A stretch of DNA of 27,728 nucleotides from Arcobacteraceae bacterium. Lineage in GTDB: Bacteria > Campylobacterota > Campylobacteria > Campylobacterales > Arcobacteraceae. The notes beneath the pieces are model-generated. The model ran no database searches. It saw only the letters and a list, made by a program, of their open reading frames with translations, and was not told the DNA's origin. The DNA lies in the NCBI GenBank assembly GCA_048268245.1, contig JBLWVX010000034.1, positions 1 to 27,728 of the forward strand, read 5' to 3'. Within the stretch, counting starts at the first letter, position 1. The number at the start of each line of letters is the position of its first letter. Both the position numbers and the translations under genes were made by a program. Positions 8,154 through 18,809 of the stretch are shown here, piece by piece.

Positions 8154-9026
8154 TTAGTTATTTAATTTATTTAAAATCTCAATTGATTGAAGTGGGTCTA
8201 CTTGAATACCATTTATTCTAAAAGCGTAGTGTAAGTGTGGTCCTGTAATTCTTCCTGTTGCACCACTAAGACCTATTATTTCACCTTTTTTTACAAAATC
8301 TCCCACTTTAAAATTTATTTTACTCAAGTGATAATAACAAGAATAAACTCCATGTCCATGGTCAATTACTATTGAGTTCCCTGCATAAAATCTATCTTGA
8401 GCAATTTTTATAATTCCTGAGTTTGAAGCAATTATAGGTGTACCTATTTTTGCTCTAAAGTCTGTTCCACTATGATAAGATTTTAGTTGATTATTATAAA
8501 CTCTTTTTGTTCCAAAAGCACTTGTGATTTTTGAATTCATAGGATAAATAAAATCTTCATTCCACAAAATTTTATCACTTACACTTCTATAGATTTGCAT
8601 AGCTTCTTTATACTCTTTTTTAGTTCTTTCTTCTCTTTGTTTACTTGGTTTAAACTTTGACTTTGAAACGGTAATAGTTTCACTTTTATATTTGCCATCA
8701 ATTACATTTAGTTTTATTGATTTGAAATATTTTTTATTATGTTTAAAATATGAAATAATAATTTTGTAGCTTTTTGGTTTTTTATAGTATGAAATTGGAA
8801 TTAATGCATAGTACTCATTTTTTTTGAAACTGTTTTTTCTGAAATTTAAATTTAGTGGGTCTTCGTCTAAAAGTGTTAATTTAGCATTAGAAATGTTCTT
8901 GGCTTGAAGCTTTAAAAGTGCAGTTTGTGCATTTTTAATAGTATTTTCTTCAAAGAAAAGTTTTAACTCTTGGGCGTACGTAAAATTGAATAATAAAGTA
9001 AGTAGTATAAGTTTTTTAATCATCAT
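8154..9026 (-). CDS. M23 family metallopeptidase (peptidoglycan endopeptidase)
   Basis: HSGTDF (HxxxD), YYHL and TGPHLHY motifs, N-terminal signal peptide. Start moved from TTG 9041 to ATG 9026 (or 9023) because 9040-9032 looks like the promoter. Confidence 0.9.
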   Translation of the reverse strand: MMIKKLILLTLLFNFTYAQELKLFFEENTIKNAQTALLKLQAKNISNAKLTLLDEDPLNLNFRKNSFKKNEYYALIPISYYKKPKSYKIIISYFKHNKKYFKSIKLNVIDGKYKSETITVSKSKFKPSKQREERTKKEYKEAMQIYRSVSDKILWNEDFIYPMNSKITSAFGTKRVYNNQLKSYHSGTDFRAKIGTPIIASNSGIIKIAQDRFYAGNSIVIDHGHGVYSCYYHLSKINFKVGDFVKKGEIIGLSGATGRITGPHLHYAFRINGIQVDPLQSIEILNKLNN

Positions 9027-9119
9027 GCGAAATTGTAACAAAATCTCTTTAAAGTTTAAACAAACTAATATAAAAACACAGTAGAATTAATGATTATAAA
9101 ATTTTTGCTGAGGTTATTT

Positions 9120-10538
9120 ATGAAAAAAAAGTATAGATTAGAGTGTGATTTATTAGGTGAAAAAGAGATATCAAATAAGTATTATTATGGAATCCAAACA
9201 TTAAGAGCTAAAGAAAACTTCTCAATATCAGGTGTTCCTTTGTCAAACTTTCCTAAACTTATTATTGCCCTAGCACAAGTTAAAAAAGCTTCTGCCCTAA
9301 CTAATAATGAACTTGGATTACTTGATGATGAAACTTGTGATGCAATTTGTAGTGCTTGTGATGAGATTTTTGCAAAAAAATACCATAAACAGTTTATAGT
9401 TGATGTTATTCAAGGAGGAGCAGGAACTTCTACAAATATGAATGCAAATGAAGTAATAGCAAATATTGCATTAGAGTTAATAGGAAAGAAAAAAGGTGAG
9501 TATGAATTTATTCATCCAAATAATCATGTAAATATGTCTCAATCTACAAATGATGTTTATCCTACAGCTGTTAGACTTGCTCTTTATGAATACCTTTGTA
9601 AACTTCAAAATAAGATGGAAGTTTTAAAAGAGTCATTCTCAACTAAAGCAAAAGAGTTTGAAAATATTATTAAAATGGGTCGAACTCAACTTCAAGATGC
9701 AGTACCTATGACTTTAGGGCAAGAGTTTAACTCTTTTGCTTTAATGATAGATGATGATATAAAAGTAATTGAAATGGTAAAAGATTTAGTTGCACAGATG
9801 AACTTAGGAGGAACTGCAATTGGTACAGGAATAAATACAGATTCAAAATATGCAGCTTTGGTAAAAGAAAAACTTGAAAAAGTTACAAATAGACCATTTG
9901 TTACAGCTTGTGATTTAGTAAAAGCAACACAAGATACTTCTACTTTTGTTCATGTATCGGGAGTTTTAAAATCAATTGCTACAAAAATTTCTAAAATTTG
10001 TAATGATTTAAGATTATTAAGCTCAGGTCCTAGAACAGGAATAAATGAAATAAATCTACCAAAAATGCAGCCAGGAAGTTCAATTATGCCTGGAAAAGTA
10101 AATCCAGTAATTCCTGAAGTTGTAAATCAAGTAGCTTTCCAAGTAATTGGTTATGATACAACTATTTCTCTTGCTAGTGAAGGAGGGCAATTACAACTTA
10201 ATGTATTTGAGCCAATAATAGCCTATAACCTTTTTCAATCAGTAAATATGATGTGTAATGCCTTTGAGACCTTGGCATTTAAATGCGTGGATGGAATTAC
10301 AGCAAATGAAGATGTATGTAAAGACCAAGTTTTAAATTCAATTGGTTTAGTAACAGCTTTAAACCCTTATATTGGCTATCACAATGCAACAGCAGTTGCA
10401 AAAGAAGCATTAAATACAAATAGAAGTGTATATGATATAGTTTTGGAGAAAAAATTATTATCAAAAGAGCAGTTAGATGAGTATTTGAAACCAGAAAATA
10501 TGACTCATCCCTCATTTTCAGGTGAATGTAAACTTTGA
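9120..10538 (+). CDS. aspA: Aspartate ammonia-lyase
   Basis: [68 protein letters not shown] precedes ATG 9120. Confidence 0.95.
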   Translation: MKKKYRLECDLLGEKEISNKYYYGIQTLRAKENFSISGVPLSNFPKLIIALAQVKKASALTNNELGLLDDETCDAICSACDEIFAKKYHKQFIVDVIQGGAGTSTNMNANEVIANIALELIGKKKGEYEFIHPNNHVNMSQSTNDVYPTAVRLALYEYLCKLQNKMEVLKESFSTKAKEFENIIKMGRTQLQDAVPMTLGQEFNSFALMIDDDIKVIEMVKDLVAQMNLGGTAIGTGINTDSKYAALVKEKLEKVTNRPFVTACDLVKATQDTSTFVHVSGVLKSIATKISKICNDLRLLSSGPRTGINEINLPKMQPGSSIMPGKVNPVIPEVVNQVAFQVIGYDTTISLASEGGQLQLNVFEPIIAYNLFQSVNMMCNAFETLAFKCVDGITANEDVCKDQVLNSIGLVTALNPYIGYHNATAVAKEALNTNRSVYDIVLEKKLLSKEQLDEYLKPENMTHPSFSGECKL

Positions 10539-10562
10539 ATAATGGCATCTTTATTACAAACT

Positions 10563-10571
10563 TGTTATAAT
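10563..10571 (+). promoter_or_regulatory. Extended -10 promoter of yebC
   Basis: TGTTATAAT ending 31 nt upstream of ATG 10603. GGAG SD at 10591. Confidence 0.6.
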
Positions 10572-10602
10572 CCCCACAAAAAACATAATTGGAGTATTTT
10601 TT

Positions 10603-11313
10603 ATGGGTAGAGCCTTTGAGTATAGAAAAGCCGCAAAAATGAAAAGATGGGGAGCAATGTCTAGAGTTTTCCCTAAACTAGCAAAGACTATTGAGATAGC
10701 AGCAAAAGCAGGTGGAGCTGATCCTGAGATGAACTCAGCATTAAGAACTGCTATTTTAAATGCAAAAGCTGAAAATATGCCAAAAACAAATATTGAAGCA
10801 GCTATTAAAAGAGCAACAGGAAAAGATTCTGCAAACTATACAGATGTAAACTTTGAAGGTAAGGGACCTCATGGTGTACTGATTTTTGTTGAAACTGCAA
10901 CAGATAACAACACAAGAACAGTTGCAAATGTAAAAATGCACTTTAATAAAAATGGTGGTTCAATGGCACCAACTGGTTCATTAGAGTTTATGTTTGATAG
11001 AAAAGCTATCTTTGAATTTAATAAAACTGATGATATGGATTTAGAAGAATTAGAGTTAGAACTAATCGATGCTGGTCTTGAAGAGATTGAAGAAGAAGAC
11101 GGTATTGTATTAGTTACAGCTGATTATAAAGATTTTGGTACTTTAAATAAAGCCTTTGAAGATATGGGAATTGAACTTACGAAAGCTAAATTAGAGAGAA
11201 TTTCAAATAATCCTCAAGAATTTACAGAAGAACAACAAGAAGAAATTGGAAAGTTATTAGAAAAACTTGAAGATGATGATGATGTTCAAGCTGTATATAC
11301 AAATATGGCTTAA
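10603..11313 (+). CDS. yebC: YebC/PmpR family protein
   Basis: MGRAFEYRK...[44 protein letters not shown]. Confidence 0.95.
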   Translation: MGRAFEYRKAAKMKRWGAMSRVFPKLAKTIEIAAKAGGADPEMNSALRTAILNAKAENMPKTNIEAAIKRATGKDSANYTDVNFEGKGPHGVLIFVETATDNNTRTVANVKMHFNKNGGSMAPTGSLEFMFDRKAIFEFNKTDDMDLEELELELIDAGLEEIEEEDGIVLVTADYKDFGTLNKAFEDMGIELTKAKLERISNNPQEFTEEQQEEIGKLLEKLEDDDDVQAVYTNMA

Positions 11314-11322
11314 TAGATTTAC

Positions 11323-11354
11323 TTAAAACAAAGAGTAAATTCTCTTTGTTTTAA
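11323..11354. terminator. Bidirectional terminator between convergent yebC and M48 genes
   Basis: Perfect 13-bp inverted repeat TTAAAACAAAGAG-TAAATT-CTCTTTGTTTTAA. Confidence 0.7.
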
Positions 11355-12181
11355 TATACTTGTTTACCTAAAAGACTACTTTTACTACTATTTTGAGTAT
11401 TTAAACTTCTTGATTTTGAAATACTTTTAGCTTCTATTTTTTCAATAACTCTTTGTATATTTGCTATTCTTGTACTTGAACTTGGGTGTGTTGAGAAAAA
11501 CTCATTTGTTTGTTTTTTGCCTTTACTCATATTTTTCCAAAAATTTAAAGCTTCATTTATATCATAACCTGCTTTTGCCATAAGATAAATACCTATTTCA
11601 TCAGCTTCGTTCTCTTGAAGTCTTCCATAAGGAAGCATAACTCCAACTTGGCTACCGATACCATAAGCTTGATTAAATACATTTGTATACTCAGGTGCAG
11701 TTGAAGCTAATACTACATTTCCAATTACTTGAATTCCTTGTTGAACCATAGCAGAACTCATTCTCTCAGCTCCATGACGTGCTAGTGCATGTGCAACCTC
11801 ATGAGCCATAACAGTAGCTAATTGGTCATCGTTTTTTGCAACTTCAAGTATACCAGTGTAAACTACAACTTTTCCACCTGGCAAACAAAAAGCATTTTTA
11901 GCTTCATTATTTACTAATTTAAATTCCCATTTAAAATCAGGTCTATTTGCTACTTGTGCAATTTTAAGACCAATGTTTTGAACTCTTCTTGCATCAGTAG
12001 TGTTTGTAATAACTTCTGATTTTGAAAGGGCTTGTTTATATGACTTTTCACCTAAAGCTAATTCTTCTTTTGGAGACATAAAAATCATTTGAGATCTATT
12101 TGTATAAGGTGTTTTTTGTGTACAACCTAAAATGATTAATGAGAGCAGTGTTATAAAAATTAGATTTTTTAAGAACTTCAT
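11351..12181 (-). CDS. M48 family (Oma1/YfgC-like) metalloprotease lipoprotein
   Basis: Lipobox ILGC, NAFCLPGGK, HEVAH zinc motif, ENEAD, FFSTHP. Confidence 0.92.
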   Translation of the reverse strand: MKFLKNLIFITLLSLIILGCTQKTPYTNRSQMIFMSPKEELALGEKSYKQALSKSEVITNTTDARRVQNIGLKIAQVANRPDFKWEFKLVNNEAKNAFCLPGGKVVVYTGILEVAKNDDQLATVMAHEVAHALARHGAERMSSAMVQQGIQVIGNVVLASTAPEYTNVFNQAYGIGSQVGVMLPYGRLQENEADEIGIYLMAKAGYDINEALNFWKNMSKGKKQTNEFFSTHPSSSTRIANIQRVIEKIEAKSISKSRSLNTQNSSKSSLLGKQVY

Positions 12182-12222
12182 TTTTGTTCCTTATGTGTTT
12201 TTTCTTATTATACTAAAACTTT

Positions 12223-14355
12223 TTAGTGTAAAAACTGTGGATATAGATTGTTTTTAATAAATTTTAAAATTATCTCAAAAAGTTCGTCTTTCCCATCACC
12301 TTTAACTATTATATGTCTATTTGCTTCGATGATTTGTATATTTTTATTTTGTGAGTTTATTTTCTCATATATTTCATAAGCACTACTGGCATTTACTACT
12401 GGGTCATCTTTTGCTTGAAGTATTAAGCAAGGTTGAGTTACATTTTTTAGGTTTTTTCTTGTAGTTTCCATTAATAAACTTAGTTGTTTGATAGATTCAA
12501 TATAAAATTTATCATAGTTTACTTCAGGATTTTCTGAGTTATTATCTATATAGTCTTTTGAATAGTCATTGTTATTGAATCGTTTTACTAAATCATTCCA
12601 AAAAGATATGGCAGGAAGTAAGGCTTTTACTCTTATATCTTTTAGATTTAGTGCTGCATTTATACAAACAATACCACTAAATTCATGATATTTCTTATTT
12701 GAGCTTAAAAGGCTTAATAATCCCCCTGTAGAAAAGCCTACTATAAATACTTTTTTGTATTTTATGGAAGCTATAGTTATAGTTTGAGACACACTTTTAT
12801 ACCAATCTTCCCATTTTTTATCTTTTAAATCTTCTGGACTAGTTCCATGACCATCAAGTCTTGGAGAATAAACAGCAAAACCATTTGAGTGTAAATATAT
12901 ACTTAACTCTTCAACTTCTTTGGGGCTTGAAGAAAAACCATGTACAGTAATAATACAAGTGTCACTTGATTCTAAATCTAGATATTTATTCTCACCAATA
13001 TTTATATCTTTTACATCAGCAAATTCTTTAAACTTCATATAGCTTTTTAAATATGAGTTTTTTTGTTGTTTTAGAAGATGTTTAACTATTTTTTTATTTA
13101 TTTTATCTTCACTATTGTATACATAAGATTTTGTGACTTTTACTACATTTTCATTTACTAAAACTTCATTTAATATAACTTTTAATACATTCTTTAATCT
13201 AATTGTATTGTGTGTATGATTATTTAAAAGTTTTTGTTTGTTAATTATATATTCATCATTTGAATTATAGATAATTTCATCTTTTAAAGCAATTTTTAAA
13301 ACTTCTTCATACTGTTCATATTTTTCATAGGAGATTAAGTATATTAAATCTTTATCAATATCATCATCTAAGAAATAAGCTCTATTTCTTAGTTTATTTA
13401 TTACAAGATAAATTAGTCTTTTAAATATCTTTATATTAATTCTTTTTTTTGGATATAAGAAAAGTATTAATATAAAAATATGATCAAAATTAATAGTTAG
13501 AGATTGATAAATTGTATTCATAAAGTTATGTGTAGTTTCATATCTTATTGAACTAATAGTTTTTGCATGATTAGGCTCTTTAAAATAGCTTTTTAAAAGT
13601 TCTTTTGTACTAATAGGTTCTAAAACTTGAATGATAATTTTTGAGTTTAAAACTATATTACTCTCTATTTCTAACTCTTCTTTAAAATTATCTCCTATAC
13701 TATCCATTAGTTTTTCAACCATATCAACTAAAAAGTTTCTGCCATTTCTAATTTTAGAGTATGAAATATTTATAGGAACTATCATAGTGTCATTTTCATT
13801 TATCTCACTACAATCATTTATAAAATATTTTCTTTGAAATTTTTTAAAGTTCTTAATCTTATGATTAAAATAGTCTTGTCTTAATGCTTGAGAAAGTAGG
13901 GCAAAATAACTAGCTCCCGTATACACTCTTTGACAAGTTCCATCTATTTTTACACAGAAGTGTTTACCTATTTTTTCAATATCTTTAGCTTTTACCATTC
14001 TTCCTTCTGGAAAAACCATCCAATCCTTGCAAGATGTAATTAAATCTCCAAGGATGTGGTTGTTTCTTAGGGGATCTGATTTTTTCATAGCCCCAAGGTT
14101 ACTTAAAAAGTTTCCAAAATAGGTTTTAAAAAGTGAATCATCAGCAATAACTCCTACTTTTTTGCCTGTAAGATTATACATAGTATAAGGTACAAGCATT
14201 GCTTCTGTTCTTGTAAAATGATTTGCTACAAAAATTCTAGGGTTGTTTTTAGGAATATTTTCAATTCCTTTAATTTCTACATTTGCATCTAGAATTTTTT
14301 CTAACAAACTCAAAATATACCCATTAGTATCTATTAACAAATCTTTATTATTCAT
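12223..14355 (-). CDS. Fusion of a glycerolipid acyltransferase (PlsB/PlsC-like) and a C-terminal alpha/beta hydrolase (carboxylesterase/monoacylglycerol-lipase-like)
   Basis: N-terminal ANHFTRTE and FPEGR blocks. C-terminal VHGF, GHGT, GFSTG nucleophile elbow, DDPVV and a distal His. ATGA overlap with fadE. Confidence 0.85.
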   Translation of the reverse strand: MNNKDLLIDTNGYILSLLEKILDANVEIKGIENIPKNNPRIFVANHFTRTEAMLVPYTMYNLTGKKVGVIADDSLFKTYFGNFLSNLGAMKKSDPLRNNHILGDLITSCKDWMVFPEGRMVKAKDIEKIGKHFCVKIDGTCQRVYTGASYFALLSQALRQDYFNHKIKNFKKFQRKYFINDCSEINENDTMIVPINISYSKIRNGRNFLVDMVEKLMDSIGDNFKEELEIESNIVLNSKIIIQVLEPISTKELLKSYFKEPNHAKTISSIRYETTHNFMNTIYQSLTINFDHIFILILFLYPKKRINIKIFKRLIYLVINKLRNRAYFLDDDIDKDLIYLISYEKYEQYEEVLKIALKDEIIYNSNDEYIINKQKLLNNHTHNTIRLKNVLKVILNEVLVNENVVKVTKSYVYNSEDKINKKIVKHLLKQQKNSYLKSYMKFKEFADVKDINIGENKYLDLESSDTCIITVHGFSSSPKEVEELSIYLHSNGFAVYSPRLDGHGTSPEDLKDKKWEDWYKSVSQTITIASIKYKKVFIVGFSTGGLLSLLSSNKKYHEFSGIVCINAALNLKDIRVKALLPAISFWNDLVKRFNNNDYSKDYIDNNSENPEVNYDKFYIESIKQLSLLMETTRKNLKNVTQPCLILQAKDDPVVNASSAYEIYEKINSQNKNIQIIEANRHIIVKGDGKDELFEIILKFIKNNLYPQFLH

Positions 14356-16712
14356 CTTGAAGCCTTATACTCCTCAACATTGAAAGAATCTACACTTATT
14401 ACTTCTTGTTTTAATTCATGAGCTTCTTTCATAGATGCTGCTTTATCTTCGTTGATTAAACCTTTTTCTATAAGCTGTTTAATCATATCATCAAATTCAC
14501 CTACAACTACAGTTTTCTCTTTGATTGCAGTTTTTAAGATTTTGAAATTATCTTGATTTAATCTATTTAATTTAACTGCTTTTTGTAGTTTTGCAAATCT
14601 ATCTTCTTCATTTTTATCCACAAAGATGTTTGAGCAAAGTTCACTTAAACTATTTTCATTTTTTAGAGTATCTATAATTTTTGCATTTAGTTTATCATCA
14701 GCTTTAACTCCAAAAGGATTTAATTTTACTATTGGTAAAAGCCAAGATAATCCACCAAGATTTGAGATAATCTCTTCTCTTGCTATTTGAATATCATTAA
14801 AACAGTAATCACAAACATATGTTACTAAAGCCTCATGCTCTTTTTTAGGATTATTTTCAAACTCTCTTAATGTTGCAGTAATTAAGTAAAGGTTTGAAAG
14901 TATATCTCCAAATCTAGCACTTATATTTTCTCTTTTTTTAAGAGCAGGTCCTAAAATACCTAATGCAACATTTGCTAAGAATGTAAACTCAGAACTAACC
15001 CATGTAACTTTTTGTTTGTATCTAGTAAACTCACCTTTCTCGCAAATAATATGTCCTCTTGTGATGTAATAGAATAGCGTTTTACAAAATGAATTATATC
15101 CAAGATTAATATGTGCAAAGAATCCTTTATCAAAACTTTCTATGTTATTTGATCTTAAAGAATTTATTTCTTTATAAATATATGGATGTGATTTTATTAA
15201 ACCTTGTCCAAACTGCATTAAGTTTCTAGTTAAAATATTTGCTCCCTCAACTGTAATAGAAATAGGTAGAGCAAAATAAGCATGTGCTAAAAGGTTGTTT
15301 TTACCTCTAATAATAGCACTTCCTCCTAAAACATCCATAGAGTCATTTATAACTTCTCTAAACTTTTCAGTTGCGTGGTATTTCATAACTGAGTTAATAA
15401 CACCTGGTTTCTCACCATTGTCAATTGCATCAAGTGTATAGTTTCTACTTGCATTTAACATATAAGTAAAAGCAGCTACTTTTGCAATTTTTTCTTCTAC
15501 ACCTTCAAAGTGGTCTATACTTAATCCAAATTGTTCTCTTAATTGTGAGTATGAACTTACAATATTTAAAGCATATTTACTTCCACCTAAAGATACAGAA
15601 GGAAGTGAAATACCACGACCAATTGATAAAGACTCAACTAACATTTGCCAACCTTTACCAATTCCATCAATCCCACCAATAATATCTTCTAAATCAATAA
15701 TTACATCTTTACCGTATAAAGGTGAGTTTACAAAAGGAATAGTTAATGGATCATGTCTTTTTGAGTTATCAACACCATCTTTTTTATGGTCAACTAAACC
15801 AAAAGTAATCCCAAGATTTTCTTCATCTCCTAGTAAATGTTCAGGGTCTTTTAAAACAAAAGCAAGACCAATAAGTGTTGCAATATTTCCTAAAGTAATA
15901 TATCTTTTTTCAAAGTTAAGTTTTATTCTGATTCTTCCAGACTCGTCTTTAAATAAAACACCATTTGACTTTATAGATGTTGCATCACTACCTGCATTTG
16001 GTTCTGTAAGACCAAAACAAGGTACTTGTTTACCTGTTGCTAAATCTTTTAGATATTTATCTTTTTGTTCATTTATACCGTGTTTTTCTATTAATTCAGC
16101 AGGTCCAAGTGAATTTGGAACCATAACTGTAATAGCTAAAACTTGAGATCTTGATACTAGTTTTTCAATTACTCTTGAGTGCGCTGTTGCACTAAATCCA
16201 AGACCACCATATTTTTTAGGAATTATCATTCCAAAGAATTTTTTATCTTTGATAAATTGCCAAACCTCTGGACTTAAATCTCTATCTTGGAAAATCTGCC
16301 AATCAGTAGTCATAGCACATAATTGTTCAACTTCATTATCTAAGAAAGCTTGTTCTTCTTCTGTAAGTTCAGTTATTTTTTCTTCTAAAACTTTATTAAA
16401 ATCAACTCTTCCTTTGAAGTAACTTGATTCAACCCAGTTAGTTCCCGCTTGAAGTGCTGCTTCTTCTGTTTGAGAAATTTGTGGAAGTAGACCATTTTTA
16501 TTTATAAAATCTACAAGTTTCTTTGTAATAAATTTTATTCTTAAAGGCTGAATTAAAAATAGTGCAGCTAAGCCAAAGAATATAATCCAAGATATTACAC
16601 CAAAGTCAAAGAATATTAACGAATAAACTCCAACAACTGTAAAGTAAGTATATAAAGGGAAACTCATATATCCCAAAACTAAAAGTATTAAAATTAAAAT
16701 TAGTGTTTCCAT
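14352..16712 (-). CDS. fadE: Membrane-anchored acyl-CoA dehydrogenase, FadE type
   Basis: N-terminal TM pair, MVPNSLGPAEL, CFGLTEPNAGSDA, GRGISLP, ITVEGANILTR, long C-terminal extension as in E. coli-type FadE. Confidence 0.93.
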   Translation of the reverse strand: METLILILILLVLGYMSFPLYTYFTVVGVYSLIFFDFGVISWIIFFGLAALFLIQPLRIKFITKKLVDFINKNGLLPQISQTEEAALQAGTNWVESSYFKGRVDFNKVLEEKITELTEEEQAFLDNEVEQLCAMTTDWQIFQDRDLSPEVWQFIKDKKFFGMIIPKKYGGLGFSATAHSRVIEKLVSRSQVLAITVMVPNSLGPAELIEKHGINEQKDKYLKDLATGKQVPCFGLTEPNAGSDATSIKSNGVLFKDESGRIRIKLNFEKRYITLGNIATLIGLAFVLKDPEHLLGDEENLGITFGLVDHKKDGVDNSKRHDPLTIPFVNSPLYGKDVIIDLEDIIGGIDGIGKGWQMLVESLSIGRGISLPSVSLGGSKYALNIVSSYSQLREQFGLSIDHFEGVEEKIAKVAAFTYMLNASRNYTLDAIDNGEKPGVINSVMKYHATEKFREVINDSMDVLGGSAIIRGKNNLLAHAYFALPISITVEGANILTRNLMQFGQGLIKSHPYIYKEINSLRSNNIESFDKGFFAHINLGYNSFCKTLFYYITRGHIICEKGEFTRYKQKVTWVSSEFTFLANVALGILGPALKKRENISARFGDILSNLYLITATLREFENNPKKEHEALVTYVCDYCFNDIQIAREEIISNLGGLSWLLPIVKLNPFGVKADDKLNAKIIDTLKNENSLSELCSNIFVDKNEEDRFAKLQKAVKLNRLNQDNFKILKTAIKEKTVVVGEFDDMIKQLIEKGLINEDKAASMKEAHELKQEVISVDSFNVEEYKASR

Positions 16713-18808
16713 AATGTCTCTCCTGTATTGAAGTCCTTGTCTTGTTCTTGAAGTTTTAATAATAAAGAACTTGGTTTAAATCTTTCCCCATAACTCTTTT
16801 CATATTTTTCTAAACTTTTTACAACATTTTTGATTCCAATTTTATTTGCTAAAGTACAAAGTCCACCTTTATAAGGAGGGAAACCTGTTCCTGTAATCAT
16901 AGCAAAGTCTATAATATTTGGATCATCAACAATTCCTTCTTCTAAACATCTTGAGGCTTCATTTATCATAATAAATATACATCTATTAATAATATCCTCG
17001 TCATTTAAAATTTTACTCTTCTTATCTAGCAATTGCGTAACAATCGGGTTTACATCTTTTGCTTTTTTACCTTTATATGTATAAAAACCAGAACCTGTTT
17101 TAACACCTAATTCTTTTTTGTTGTAGATTTTCTCTATTATAGGTGCTACTGGCATTCTTTGACCATAAGCCTCATTTAAAATATTTGCAACTTTATACCC
17201 TATATCAATTCCAACTGTATCAGCTAAAGTAAAAGGTCCCATTGGCATACCAAAGTCTTTGATAAGTTTATCTATATGTTTAATATCTCCATGCTCTTCT
17301 AAAATAAAAGCTGCTTCATTTAAGTAAGGAAGTAAAATTCTATTTACAATAAACCCTGCACAATCTCCAACTAAAATAGGAGTTTTACCACAAGAGATTA
17401 GAAGTTCAAAAACTTTGTTTATAGTCTCTTTCGATGTATGTGAAGTAGGTATTACTTCTACAAGGGGCATCATATTTACAGGATTAAAGAAATGAACTCC
17501 TAAGAAGTTTTCTTTATTTTTTATATCACTTGAAAGTTTTTCTATAGATATAGATGAGGTGTTTGTAGCAATTATTGCATCATCTTTCATACTGTCTTCT
17601 AAGCTTTTAAAAGCATCTTTTTTTGCTTTTTCATCTTCAATAATAGCTTCAATAGCAATATCACTAGTTTTTAAACCTTCAAATTTATCAGTATAAGTGA
17701 TTTTATTTAGTTTAAAATCAACTTGATTTGCTGTCATTCTTCTAGTTTTTACTAAGAAGTCATATATTTTAGATACATCTTTTAGTATGCTATGAATTTG
17801 CTCAATTTTTCTAACTTTGATTCTTACATTTTGAAGATATTTTGAAAATAGCCAGATAATACCTTTACCCATAACTCCATTCCCTAAAATAACAGCATTG
17901 TTTATAGGATTAACAGTTTTCTCGTAATTTTTATTTAACTTCTGAAAAGTAAAAAATAGTTTAATCATATTTTTTGATTCATGAGTTATAGCTATTTTTG
18001 AAAACTCTCTTGCTTCTACTTTCAAACCTTCATTAAAAGATCTAGCAAATGTATCTTTGATAACTTCTAAAGCCACATATGGAGCTTTGAAATCTTTGTT
18101 TACTTTTTTTTCTAAGTTTTTATAGGCTTTTGAAAATACTATTTCTCTTAAAGGCCATGTTTCAAGTAAAGCAAATTTTTTTCTATTTTTAACTTCTTTT
18201 TTTATGGCTTTTTGTATAAACTCTTCAAGTTTAAACTCTTTTTGTCCATCATCAAAAATCTCATCTACAAGTTTTATTCTATATGCTTTTTTTGCATCAA
18301 GATTTTTTCCACTTAAGATAATATCTAAAGCATTTATAAGTCCTACAATTTTAGGGGCTCTTAAACATCCTGCAAAACCTGGGAATATTCCTAGTTTTAT
18401 TTCAGGAAAAGCAAGTTTAGTTTTATCACTTGTTGTTGCAATTCTATATGTACAAGCTAAAGCTAACTCTAAACCTCCACCCATACAAGCACCATTTATA
18501 TATGCAATAGATGGAAAAGGAAGATTTTCTAATTTATTAAAAATAGAATGAACTTTCATAAGAAGTTCGTAAATATCTTCTTCTTTACTCAATGTTTCAA
18601 TCTCTTCAATATCAGCACCAGCAATAAAAATATTTCTCTTTGCGCTTTGAACTACTAGGGCTTTGATTGAAGAATTGTTTTTTATAACATCTAAAGTTTC
18701 ATCAAATTCACTTAAGACATTTGTAGATAGTTTATTTACTTTTTCATTTTCTAAATCAAAAGTAATTCTTGCAATACCGTCTTTTATTTCTAAATTTAAA
18801 TTCTTCAT
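16700..18808 (-). CDS. Fatty-acid oxidation complex alpha subunit (enoyl-CoA hydratase/3-hydroxyacyl-CoA dehydrogenase, FadB/FadJ type)
   Basis: FIAGADI, GGGLELALAC, PEIKLG, GNGVMG, NTSS, HFFNP, GFIVNR. GGAGG SD in the end of the thiolase gene supports ATG 18808. Confidence 0.93.
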   Translation of the reverse strand: MKNLNLEIKDGIARITFDLENEKVNKLSTNVLSEFDETLDVIKNNSSIKALVVQSAKRNIFIAGADIEEIETLSKEEDIYELLMKVHSIFNKLENLPFPSIAYINGACMGGGLELALACTYRIATTSDKTKLAFPEIKLGIFPGFAGCLRAPKIVGLINALDIILSGKNLDAKKAYRIKLVDEIFDDGQKEFKLEEFIQKAIKKEVKNRKKFALLETWPLREIVFSKAYKNLEKKVNKDFKAPYVALEVIKDTFARSFNEGLKVEAREFSKIAITHESKNMIKLFFTFQKLNKNYEKTVNPINNAVILGNGVMGKGIIWLFSKYLQNVRIKVRKIEQIHSILKDVSKIYDFLVKTRRMTANQVDFKLNKITYTDKFEGLKTSDIAIEAIIEDEKAKKDAFKSLEDSMKDDAIIATNTSSISIEKLSSDIKNKENFLGVHFFNPVNMMPLVEVIPTSHTSKETINKVFELLISCGKTPILVGDCAGFIVNRILLPYLNEAAFILEEHGDIKHIDKLIKDFGMPMGPFTLADTVGIDIGYKVANILNEAYGQRMPVAPIIEKIYNKKELGVKTGSGFYTYKGKKAKDVNPIVTQLLDKKSKILNDEDIINRCIFIMINEASRCLEEGIVDDPNIIDFAMITGTGFPPYKGGLCTLANKIGIKNVVKSLEKYEKSYGERFKPSSLLLKLQEQDKDFNTGETLWKH

Positions 18809-18809
18809 T

